Source: a virus (lineage: Duplodnaviria; Caudoviricetes). Taken from it: a DNA stretch of 27,735 nt. The notes under the pieces are model-generated. The model did not search any database, had not been told where the DNA came from, and was given only the letters and a program-made list of their open reading frames with translations. This document shows, piece by piece, positions 4,618 through 14,900 of the stretch (position 1 is its first letter; each line of letters starts with the position of its first letter). The position numbers were made by a program, and so were the translations under genes. Location of the stretch: positions 1 through 27,735 of the IMG/VR virus record IMGVR_UViG_3300044513_003361; one strand, written 5' to 3'.

Positions 4618-4690
4618 TACTCTAGACTATTTGCACAATAACATTGAAGGGATCAAGAAAGATCTTTTTAAAGTAGCGAGTACACGATAA
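4454..4690 (+). CDS. conserved cyanophage coiled-coil protein
   Basis: LSQRLVNLEQRVSQLENPQLMYKRP...TLDYLHNNIEGIKKDL; TAATG coupling to the next gene; start uncertain (4409/4454/4481). Confidence 0.75.
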   Translation: MTSPQSSQDMPISTEELLLVLSQRLVNLEQRVSQLENPQLMYKRPTATEYEKISDTLDYLHNNIEGIKKDLFKVASTR

Positions 4691-5844
4691 TGGCAGTACC
4701 GTTCATCAATTTCTTAGCACCCTCGATGGGCGGCATTGGTCCGATTGAATTAGCGGACTTTAGTAAACTGCAGACGTTACAGAGTCAGAACGGCGTACCG
4801 TTTTATGCTGGGAGGTTTTATCCAAAGGACAATCAAGCGATTATCGATGGATTTAATCTGGGGTTAATCTCACAGACCCCTCCGTGGCTTACATGGGAAG
4901 AGATCCAACCAACTCAGATTTGGATGGTTCCAGCATTTGAGGATGAACGGATTGTCACGATGAATGTGACGATTGAGCGGATTGACCTGTGGCCCCGTGA
5001 AGTAGCAGACTACGAAGGCATGGATGAGCAGACTGCGAATGATTTAGTAACGTATGAACCCAAACAGTATGGTGGGGATGTTATTGAGAAAGCATGGGGG
5101 CAATTGAATCTCTTACCGTCTTTCAACGGAAGTTTGGATCCTGCTGTAGAGATTGCCCAGAACCTCAATTACATTCCCCCAATCATCACGCTTGGGTATT
5201 TGGGTATTGCTGAGGTTTCAGGGTACTGCTCCGAGTGGGGGTTTTATGATCAGGAGTTAACCATTGTGAATGGTACTGATTATGGACAACCTCAGTATGG
5301 ATATGGAGGTGCTGATGAGTTGGGGTATAATTATACAGAAGTTGTACAGGTGAGACCTGATGGGGCATGGGTGTACCGTGACGCCGATATCTCCGAGGGC
5401 GCGATCCCGATGTATGATGATAACAAGTCTTTATATGAACCTTTTATCCAACAAGCATCATATCTGAACAGTGCGATCTATGATGAACAGTTAGGCAGAA
5501 CGTTTGGCAATGCATATTGGGAGAACAGAACCAAACGTGAAGACTCGGGTAACCCTCGTGCTGGAATGATTGCAGAGGTAAAGACTTCTGAGATGGATTG
5601 TGTTGTATATACGATTAAAGTTGCCTGTACAACGATTGTAGTACCTGATGCATTAACAGGACCAGACGAAGTAGTACGTCAAGAGCTGGGATCTGCTGCA
5701 TTAGAGACTTTTGCTAGTAACCTTTCCAACAATATTTGGTATTTTTATTTGCCAGTGAGGTATAACGCTGAGGTTCCAAACGAGAGAATCCAACATCTTT
5801 ATGAACAGGCAGGGATAAATAACGTTGATTTTGATGAAGTGTAA
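4690..5844 (+). CDS. conserved cyanophage late (probable virion) protein, 384 aa
   Basis: long ORF with TAATG coupling at both ends, immediately upstream of the PAAR gene. Confidence 0.85.
   Translation: MAVPFINFLAPSMGGIGPIELADFSKLQTLQSQNGVPFYAGRFYPKDNQAIIDGFNLGLISQTPPWLTWEEIQPTQIWMVPAFEDERIVTMNVTIERIDLWPREVADYEGMDEQTANDLVTYEPKQYGGDVIEKAWGQLNLLPSFNGSLDPAVEIAQNLNYIPPIITLGYLGIAEVSGYCSEWGFYDQELTIVNGTDYGQPQYGYGGADELGYNYTEVVQVRPDGAWVYRDADISEGAIPMYDDNKSLYEPFIQQASYLNSAIYDEQLGRTFGNAYWENRTKREDSGNPRAGMIAEVKTSEMDCVVYTIKVACTTIVVPDALTGPDEVVRQELGSAALETFASNLSNNIWYFYLPVRYNAEVPNERIQHLYEQAGINNVDFDEV
5814..5821 (+). promoter_or_regulatory. T4-type late promoter
   Basis: GATAAATA, 22 nt upstream of the PAAR start. 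Confidence 0.6.
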
Positions 5845-6257
5845 TGGCAGCACTACCAATCGCTAGATTTGCTGGATTGACGTATGGCAACCATGACATT
5901 CACCCGCCCCCAATCCCCGTTCCTACGCCTCCTAATCCCGTTCACCCTCCTACAGGTGGGTATTCATCTAACGTGTTTATCAACGGTCTTCCAGCGCATT
6001 CTACGGGCAATATGTGCATTCCTCATACCATACCAATTATTCCTCCCCCACCACCACATCCAGATGTTCTGATTACTGGACATCCTACGGTTAGAATCAA
6101 TGGTGGTGCTGCGGCAACGACAGGATCTGTAACAAATTTTGGTGCCCCTGTATTAGGACAGTTTAGTCATACGGTATTCATGGGTGGTGCTCCATTGGTT
6201 GCTGCAACAGTTAGTGAAAGTGGAGAAGTTACACAACCACCTCCACCAGCGGCATAA
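5844..6257 (+). CDS. PAAR-repeat spike tip protein (gp5.4-like)
   Basis: SSNVFINGLPAHSTG and GHPTVRINGGAAATTG PAAR-like repeats, His/Cys metal-ligand candidates, position upstream of gp25. Confidence 0.85.
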   Translation: MAALPIARFAGLTYGNHDIHPPPIPVPTPPNPVHPPTGGYSSNVFINGLPAHSTGNMCIPHTIPIIPPPPPHPDVLITGHPTVRINGGAAATTGSVTNFGAPVLGQFSHTVFMGGAPLVAATVSESGEVTQPPPPAA

Positions 6258-6259
6258 TG

Positions 6260-6268
6260 TGCTATAAT
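6260..6268 (+). promoter_or_regulatory. host-like extended -10 promoter
   Basis: TGcTATAAT, 24 nt upstream of ATG 6293. Confidence 0.7.
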
Positions 6269-6292
6269 ATCTAAGTCGATTGATAAAACACT

Positions 6293-6439
6293 ATGGCACG
6301 AGCAAAAGTCGGACTGAGCGGCAAGAAAATCATTGAGTCGAAACCCAAAACCACGCGACAGGGAAGCAGCAAGAACACGAAGTATGCTGCGACTAGTCGC
6401 AACGTTGCTAAGAAGAAGTATCGCGGTCAGGGTCGATAA
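6293..6439 (+). CDS. small very basic protein, 48 aa (not in ORF track)
   Basis: MARAKVGLSGKKIIESKPKTTRQGSSKNTKYAATSRNVAKKKYRGQGR*; 15 K/R and 1 E; has its own promoter. Confidence 0.8.
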   Translation: MARAKVGLSGKKIIESKPKTTRQGSSKNTKYAATSRNVAKKKYRGQGR

Positions 6440-6442
6440 ATA
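6435..6442 (+). promoter_or_regulatory. T4-type late promoter
   Basis: GATAAATA overlapping the upstream stop codon. Confidence 0.7.
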
Positions 6443-6456
6443 GTCCTAGAGATAGC

Positions 6457-6500
6457 AACCTCTCTAAAAGTTCTGGAAACAGACTTTAGGGAGGTTTTTT
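6457..6500 (+). terminator. terminator-like hairpin that includes the SD of the next gene
   Basis: AACCTCTCTAAA (6457-6468) pairs with TTTAGGGAGGTT (6485-6496); inner TCTG-GAAA-CAGA; T-run to 6500. Confidence 0.65.
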
Positions 6501-6501
6501 A

Positions 6502-6717
6502 ATGGGACTCTTTCCAGTAGACAAAAGTGAAGAATTTATCGAAGAAGGCATGACACTTATTACTGAGACAGATAGTGACAGATACCTAGACGCCGCTGCA
6601 AAGCGTCGTAGGGCAAAGATAAAGGAAGAACTATACCCACTGCCCGAAGACCGCCTTGAGCGTCCTTGTGGAGGGGCAGGTGGATTTGATGATTTTGTTG
6701 AGCGTTGGCACGAGTGA
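6502..6717 (+). CDS. conserved cyanophage hypothetical protein
   Basis: 71-aa ORF with GGAGG 7 nt upstream; PVDKS.EFIE.GMTLITE pattern. Confidence 0.8.
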   Translation: MGLFPVDKSEEFIEEGMTLITETDSDRYLDAAAKRRRAKIKEELYPLPEDRLERPCGGAGGFDDFVERWHE

Positions 6718-6724
6718 ATAAATA
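6717..6724 (+). promoter_or_regulatory. T4-type late promoter for the gp25-gp6-gp7 operon
   Basis: AATAAATA, 22 nt upstream of the gp25 ATG. Confidence 0.75.
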
Positions 6725-6746
6725 GAAACAGCTAACTATCATCTCC

Positions 6747-7139
6747 ATGCCTGAGTTTCAGACGTTCAAGGATTTGAGCGTCACCTTCAAGAAACATCCT
6801 GTAACAGACGACTTCGTTGTCGTTAAGGATAAGGCAGCCATCATTCAGTCAATTCGTAATTTACTTTTGACTCAAAGAGGCGAAAGACCGTTTCAACCCG
6901 ATCTTGGATCTGACATTTACCGTATATTATTTGAACCACTAGACTATGCTAGTGGTGCATTGATCAAAGAGGCTATTTTCAGAACGTTAAATGTGTATGA
7001 ACCAAGAATAAGGGTTGATACGGTCCTTGTTAGTCCTGACAATGATAACAATGGTTATAATGTTGAAATTTCGTTTACCATTGTTGGAAGAGATGATCAA
7101 CCATTAAATGTTGACTTTTTCTTAGAGAGCACACGATAA
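6747..7139 (+). CDS. gp25: baseplate wedge subunit gp25
   Basis: AIIQSIRNLLLTQRGERPFQPDLGS..YEPRI GPW/gp25 signature. Confidence 0.95.
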   Translation: MPEFQTFKDLSVTFKKHPVTDDFVVVKDKAAIIQSIRNLLLTQRGERPFQPDLGSDIYRILFEPLDYASGALIKEAIFRTLNVYEPRIRVDTVLVSPDNDNNGYNVEISFTIVGRDDQPLNVDFFLESTR

Positions 7140-8942
7140 ATGCCATACACTCAGGTAGCAAATTTAGATTTTACACAAATCAAGACTGCTCTAAAAGACT
7201 ACCTTAGGGCGAATTCGGATTTTACCGATTATGACTTTGAAGGATCTGCTCTTTCAAACGTGATCGATGTATTGGCATACAATACTTACTACACAGCGTT
7301 CAACGCTAACATGGTTGTCAATGAGTTGTTCATTGACTCTGCATCGCTCCGTGACAACGTTGTATCGCTTGCTAAGCAGTTAGGGTATCGTCCTAAGTCA
7401 AGGACTGCTCCAACGGCATACACGTCCTTTACAGTGTCATATAATAACCCTACAACAGACACTGAGGTGACCCTACAAGCAGGTTCTGGTTTTTTAAGTT
7501 CCTGGGACAATACTTTATACCAATTCATTGCTACAAGAGATGAGAAAGCACAAGTAGTGAATGGTGTTGCAACATTTACCGATATTCCCATTAAAGAGGG
7601 AAGTTGGATTAAAAATACTTACACATATCAGTCTGCACTGAAGAGTCAGAGGTTTATTATTGATAACCCTGGTGTAGACACGTCAACAATCCAAGTAAGA
7701 GTTTATCCAAGCACAACTGCTACGATTTACACAGAATATACACTTTCAGAAAATATCTTAGAAGCAAAGCCTTCTTCTGAAATTTATTTCTTAGAAGAGG
7801 TTTCAGAAGAAAGATACGAAGTTATCTTTGGCGATGGTGTTATGGGTAAGAAAGTTGAGGATGGATCTAAGATTGAAATTTCTTACTTAGTAACTTCTGG
7901 TCCAGATGCTAATGGAGCAAAGACATTTACTTTCTCTGGAAACCTTCTTAATCAATCAGGAAACAATCCTGTCAATTTTGCTGTTGCTGTTGTTTCAGGA
8001 TCGACTGTTTCTGCTTCTGGTGGCGCATCAATTGAATCTGTTGATAAGATCAAGTTTCAAGCACCAAAGATGTTTGCTGCACAGGATCGCGCAGTTACAT
8101 CTCAAGACTACGGTTCTATCGTAAGAAATATCTACCCTGCTGTGAGTGACATTATTGTGTTTGGGGGAGAAGATCAAGACCCACCAGCATATGGTAAGGT
8201 CTTTATTTCTGTTAAACCAGAAGATGCAGCACGTTTAACTTCTGTAACAAAGCAACAGATCAAAGATCAGTTAAGAGAGTATCGTGTTGCTGCTATCACC
8301 CCAGAGATTATTGATCCTTCTATTCTTTACGTTGAGGTTACTAGTAGGATATTCTACAGTCAGTCAAGCACTGAACTGGGCAGAAATCAAATTAGAGATT
8401 TGGTAATCAAAGAATTCCAAGATTATATTGATACTTCTAATACAGAAAAATTTAACGGTAAATTTAGATACAGTAAAGCAATTGCTGTCATCGACAATGC
8501 CGAGCGAGCAATCAATTCAAATCTAACCTCTGTTACGATGAGAAAAGATTTTTATGCTCAAATCAATTCTACAGCATACTACGAGGTTTGTTACCAAAAT
8601 CCATTCTTAGATGATGACGACCCTGTTGTATCATCATCTGGTTTTGTTGTTACAGAATACCCCGATTTCACTGTCTATATCGAAGATAGACTAGGCAAAA
8701 TCGTCCTATATAGACTAGATGGCATTACTGGTGAAAAGATCCTTTTGGATGATAACATCGGTGATGTTGATTATGAAAAAGGTGAGATTCGTTTGTATGA
8801 TGTGACCATTATTAAGGGCACATTTGGTGATAATCGCATCGAACTGAGAGTTAAGCCACTTCGAAATGATATTGTTGCAAAACGTGAGGTTTACCTAGAT
8901 GTTGATGTAGCAAAGAGTAGTTTTGTTGCTGTAGCAGAGTAA
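7140..8942 (+). CDS. gp6: baseplate wedge subunit gp6
   Basis: LDFTQIKTALKDYL..FTDYDFEGS..DVLAYNT..ELFIDSA..QDRAVTSQDY T4 gp6 motifs. Confidence 0.95.
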   Translation: MPYTQVANLDFTQIKTALKDYLRANSDFTDYDFEGSALSNVIDVLAYNTYYTAFNANMVVNELFIDSASLRDNVVSLAKQLGYRPKSRTAPTAYTSFTVSYNNPTTDTEVTLQAGSGFLSSWDNTLYQFIATRDEKAQVVNGVATFTDIPIKEGSWIKNTYTYQSALKSQRFIIDNPGVDTSTIQVRVYPSTTATIYTEYTLSENILEAKPSSEIYFLEEVSEERYEVIFGDGVMGKKVEDGSKIEISYLVTSGPDANGAKTFTFSGNLLNQSGNNPVNFAVAVVSGSTVSASGGASIESVDKIKFQAPKMFAAQDRAVTSQDYGSIVRNIYPAVSDIIVFGGEDQDPPAYGKVFISVKPEDAARLTSVTKQQIKDQLREYRVAAITPEIIDPSILYVEVTSRIFYSQSSTELGRNQIRDLVIKEFQDYIDTSNTEKFNGKFRYSKAIAVIDNAERAINSNLTSVTMRKDFYAQINSTAYYEVCYQNPFLDDDDPVVSSSGFVVTEYPDFTVYIEDRLGKIVLYRLDGITGEKILLDDNIGDVDYEKGEIRLYDVTIIKGTFGDNRIELRVKPLRNDIVAKREVYLDVDVAKSSFVAVAE

Positions 8943-8947
8943 TTTAG

Positions 8948-11900
8948 ATGTCCGTAAAGAAGAAGTCAATTTCAACTCTGATCGAGTCTCAGCTCCCAGA
9001 GTTTATCTCTTCTGAGTATGAGCTTTTTAGTAAGTTCGTAACAAAATACTATGAGCAACAAGAGTTGCAGGGACAACCACTAGATGTCCTCAGCAATTTG
9101 CAGACTTATGCTGACATCGATTATTACGAGAAAAATATTCTCAAGCAAAACAGCATTCTATCTTCCGATGTTGGTGTTTCTGACACTACTATCACTGTAG
9201 ATGATGCAACTTCTTTTCCAGAAGAGAATGGTTATATTCAGATTGGAAATGAAATCTGTTTTTACAAGGAAAGAACAAACACCCAGTTTCTTGAAGTTTC
9301 CCGTGGAGTCAGTGGAAACACGAAACTAGGAGATTTATATTCAGCATCTAATTTTACCAGCACCGAAGCTGCATTCCACTCAAGTGGCACTTCGGTTAAT
9401 AATATTAGCAATTTGTTTCTCTATGCTCTTGTAAAGAGCTTTGAGGCACAGTATCTTGGCGCATTTCCAGAGAAGTACCTTAAGGGTCAGGTAGACAAAA
9501 GAACTTTAATTAAGAATATTCGTAAGTTTTACAAGGCAAAGGGCACAGATGCCTCTGTAAGATTCATTTTTAATACTCTAGTTGCTGGTGGAGAAGAGAA
9601 CACACCAACACTATACAATCCAAAAGATTTTACATATAAGTCTTCTGAGTCTGACTGGGTAAAAGGTTATGCTCTAAAGGCAAAAATTCTAAGTGGCAAT
9701 CCTAACGATCTTATTGGAAAAATTATTACACAACCAAGCAGCGGCAACATTTCATTTGCATCTGCTACAGTTGACAATGTAAGATTTGATAGCAATGTTG
9801 ATGGTGAAGCAATTTACAACATCTTCCTTGCTGAAGAAACCATTAATGGTGAGTTTTCTATTACATCAAAGACTGAGCTAACTAAGCAAATTGATTCAAG
9901 TGCTGGTCTTGGAGATTTTATTGATGTATTCTCGACACTAGGATGGGCAAAATCTGGAAATTTATTGATTGGGGGAGAGACCTTTACGTTTGATGAAAAG
10001 AATATCACCCAATTTAGAATTAAGACAAGACAGAATAATTCTGTACATCCCGTAGGAACAGAGGTATATGAACCAATTAGATTATTTGGTGCGGGTGTAG
10101 AATTATTATCGTTCGGTTTAATTTACAATCTTGAAGTATCAGACGGTCAACCAAACTCATTTACTGGCGACAGTGTTGAGATTGGATTGCCTGGATTTAC
10201 AACAGCAGACTCTAAAATTGTAAATCCTTCTACAAATTCGGTTAGATGGAAGTTTTCTTCTAACACTCAGATTTCAACTCCTGGTTATCCAAGCATTCAG
10301 CAGTCTTTAGCAAATCTTTCTACTGATGTATCTGCAATTTTTGAAGATGAGCAATATTATTACATTGCATCTTCAGGTTTCCCATCATATCCAATTTTAG
10401 ATGGTGCTAGTAGTATTCCTACTAATGTAAAAGATCAAAGACTTCTAAAGCTAATTAGAAAAGAAGCAATTAGAAGCACTGAAATTTATGAGACGCCAAA
10501 AACAGATGTTGGCATTCTTGTAAATGGAACTCGTGTTTATGGATACAAGGATTCTTCTTCGGTTGAGTTTGGAAGACTTGAGAACGTTAAAGTTTTAAGT
10601 CAGGGATCTAGATATAGAATTCCTCCAAATGTTTTGGTTGATGGTGTACCAGGAAAAGCAATTGCTAAACTAGCTGGAGAATTTTTAGAATCTGTAGAAT
10701 TAACAGGAGTATCTTTATATCCAAGGGTTCCAACTGTTGAAATTACTTCTGGTAGAAACGCTGTAGTACGAGCGATTGTAACTCTAGGAAAAGTTACGAG
10801 TCTGGTTATTGACAATGCTGGAGAATACTATTCCGCTCCACCTGATATTATCATCAGAGATAGACTAGGTAGAGGAAGATTTGCTGAATACACTGCTTTG
10901 ATTGAAGCTGGCAAAATTGTTGGATTTGAAGTAGTTAGTGAGGGAGAATTCTATACTCAATCAGAAATTGAAGTTGAGGTCTTGCCTATTGGTTCTGGAG
11001 CAAGAGCAGAGGCAGAACTTAAAACTTGGGTAAAGAATAGATATGAAGCATTAAAAAATAAATTAGATAACGAAAATGGATACCTATTCCCCAACTATAA
11101 TGGAGAATTGGAAAATGGTTATGGTCACGTTGGAAATCCAAAAGCACTGCGTATAGCTTTAAATGACAATCTTTCATCTACTTTAACAGAACCACAAGTA
11201 AAAACTCACTCACCTGTATTGGGATTTGCATATGATGGCAACCCAATTTATGGTCCATTTGCTCACGAGAATCCACTAGATGCCTCTTCTCCTATTGTTA
11301 GGATGACATCTAGTTATATTCAAAAGACTACTAGACTAGAAGGTCCTTCTACTGTAACGTATCCACTAGGAACTTTTATTGATGACTTTGAATATCGCCA
11401 TCGCAGCGGTTCTTTAGATGAAAATAATGGAAGATTTTGCGTAACTCCCGATTTTCCCGAAGGAACTTACGCATACTTCTTGACTATTGATTCTTCACAA
11501 ACTCCCGTTTATCCATATATTATTGGAAAGAACTACTATTCTCTTCCAGTAGATTCAAACTACAATTCGAATTTATCTCAGCAAGATCTTCCATTAGATT
11601 CTAGACGTTTCAATCTTCCTGGAACCCCAGTTAATGGTGGAAATGTAATTGCACAAATTAAAGATATTAAGTCTGGTAGTATTGATGAAATTGAAGTTAT
11701 TTCTTCATCTGATAATTTCAGTGTTGGATCTTCTCTTGTATTTGATAATACAGGTACAAATGGATTTGGTGCTGAGGGTAGCGTATCAATTCTAAAAGGT
11801 AAAAACGTAAATTTCTTAGAGTCGCAACAAACAAAGGCAACGAGACTAGAGATTGTAAGACCAGCATATTTGTTTGTTGGTGATACTTTGTCACAACCAG

Positions 11901-14900
11901 CTACTGGAGCATCGGGTGAGATAGTTGGTGATGTTTCTAACGATAATACAGTTGTTTTGAGAGATGTACAAGGAACATTTGACACTACAAATACTTTCTC
12001 GGCATCTATTAAGGTATTGAGTCTTCTGCTCAACAAACCTTCTTCCTATACCGCTGGATCCATTGTAAAATTAACTGATGGATTTGTCGCAGAGGTTGCA
12101 TATGGCGAAGTTCTGGAGACAACATCAGAGTCTAATATTGTAATTGTCAAAGTATTAACCAGTGTTGACTACAATGGCGATGGCACATTAGAGACTCCAA
12201 CAGGAACTGCTCCTTTCTATTTTGAAAATGAAGATGATTTGCCAAATCATTACTTACAGAGCAATTCTTTATCGGATACTTCAGGAACAGGAATTATCAC
12301 CATCACACCTCTTAGCGATGGACTAGAACCTTTTAAAGTTGATCAAAATGTTGCTCTCATTGAAACAACAGATAATCATGGGGTTGGATTAGATGACATC
12401 GTAAATGTTTCCATTAATCCAGATGATTCTACAACTACGACAACGTATTTTGTAAGAAAAAGAATTTACCAGAATCTAAAGTTAGCAACACCAACGATCA
12501 AAACTGCTGTAAATTATAACGGTGTTGGCAGACTATTGACTGTTAATGTAGGATGGGACTACACCACTGGTAGCTACACTAATATTCCTTTGACTGGTGG
12601 ATCAGGAACGGGAGCAACAGCAAATATTGTTGTTAATTCTGATGGTTATGTTAGTGACGTACAAATTACTGATGGTGGCAGTGGTTATAAGAGAGAAGAT
12701 GTTTTATCTGTCGATGATGCATCATTACAAAGATCTGGTGCTTCAAATAGCACCCAGAGAGTAAAATTATTGGTTGATCATGTTGGTGTATCAAATGAAT
12801 CGACAAAAATTGTTCTCGATGATGCAACAAAATTTGTCGAAGATGATTTGATCAAACTTGATAACGAGATCATCAAAATTGTGTCTATTTCTGGTAATAC
12901 TGTAACTGTAGAAAGGGGACAGAATGGAACCAAGGCAGTTGATCACTATGATAATGCAGCTGTTTCTCTCTACAATGGAAGATATAATTTTAATGCGAAT
13001 TTTGTAATTAATGGTTGTGAGTCTACAACATATGATCCAGAGACTCAGATGTTGTATATCATCTATCCATCATCTACAAACATTTCCACGTTACAACCAG
13101 TCACTGATCTGTTCTCGTTCTTTGACAACAGTACTCCTCAAAGATTTGTTGATATTATTGAAGCGACAGATCCTGTCAATAAATTTGAATTTAGAAAAAA
13201 TGGTACAACTGAATATCTTACAAATCCTGTAATTGAAGTTCAAGAATACTACAAGTATAAATTCGATACCTCAGATTCTTCGCTATCAGGAACTTATCTA
13301 GATTTCAGCCCAAGTAAAAACTTCAATGTCATTCCAGTAGAAAAAGTACAGTCTGTTCCTCTGCCTGGCAATCCTAATGCATTTATTGATTTGAAGTTTG
13401 GTTTTGGTGCAAGAACTGCAGCTAACAATTATACAGAAAAGCAAGCAACAGAGTTTAGTAATTACTACTACTTCGACAAGAATGAAATATGCGATTCTGA
13501 AGGATCATATTTAAGTGTTATAAAAGACCCCCTGACTGGAAGAAAAGTAGTAAATTATGTAACTTCAAATAGATTCTGCTATTCTCTTGAAAAGTTCCCC
13601 CAGTGGGATGGTGGTGGATCTATCACATATACAACAAATTCTGCATTTGCTGTTGGTGAAATTTTTGAAATTGCTATTACAAACATTGGTGATAACTACC
13701 AGAAGACTCCAATTGTTTCTGGAATCTATCCTTCTGTAGAAAATCTAGCAGAGGCAACGGTTCTATTTGATGATTATACAAAAACTATTACTGGTGTTCG
13801 TGTAGATAAAACTGGAGCAAACTATTCAAATCCCAAAGTAGTAATTATTGATGGTGATGGAAGAGATGCGAAGTTTGATATTGTCTCCAGAAATGGAAAC
13901 ATTTTAGACATTCGTGTTAAGAACAGAGGAAAAGGATATACGTTTGCTCCCACAATTGCTGTTGTGGAGGGTGATGTAAAAGTATTTGCTAAAGGCGCAA
14001 ACATTGGCATTCCAAAAAATGTTTCTATTATAAGGAATGGCGCATCTTTCCACAAAGATAAAACACTATATTCAAACTACACTTCATCTTATACCTTTGC
14101 ATTGAAAGATTATCCGAATAATGCATTTAAGCAAGGAGAATTGATTACCCAAAAAATTAATGGCACAGAAGTTGCTAGAGGATATATCGCTATCGGTGGA
14201 TGGCGTGAGGGATCTAACTTACTAAAGGTTTCTAGGGTAACAGGAACATTTAGAGAAAATTTTGATATTCAAAGTGCTAGAAGTGGTAACACAGCAAAAA
14301 TCACAAATATCTTTGTGACTACATTTTCTCCTGTTATTAAATCAACTTATGATAATCAAGGATATTATACTTCCGATAGAGGAAGGATTGGCAACTCAAA
14401 TCAAAAAATAACAGATTCATTCTTCTATCAGGATTACTCTTATGTAATTAAATCAAGAACTCCAATTAATGTTTGGAGAGACTTAATTAAGAGCACAACT
14501 CACCCAGCTGGTATGAAGTTGTTTGGTGAAGTAACTATTGATGCAACTGCAAACACTGAAATGCCAGTTGAATCGCCCAAAGCAAGTCATTTCACTGTTC
14601 TTGAGTTAGGACTGGATGCATCTATTGTTTCTGAAAATACACGAAGAGTTGTTACTCAAAGTGTACAGAAAATTGAAGATTATAGGGCAAAGAATGGTAC
14701 TGGTTCGGTTTCTGTACAAGAATACAATTTTTCGGACATTGTTGCCACTCGTATCAAACTTGGTGCTAACTTTGATGGTGAATTTAATAATGACGGTCAG
14801 TTAGTTGGAACAAAAACTTTCCAATTATTGGATGCTGATACTAATGTAACTGTAACTCCATATAACGAGCAATCATTAATTATAACTATTGACGGTGTTT

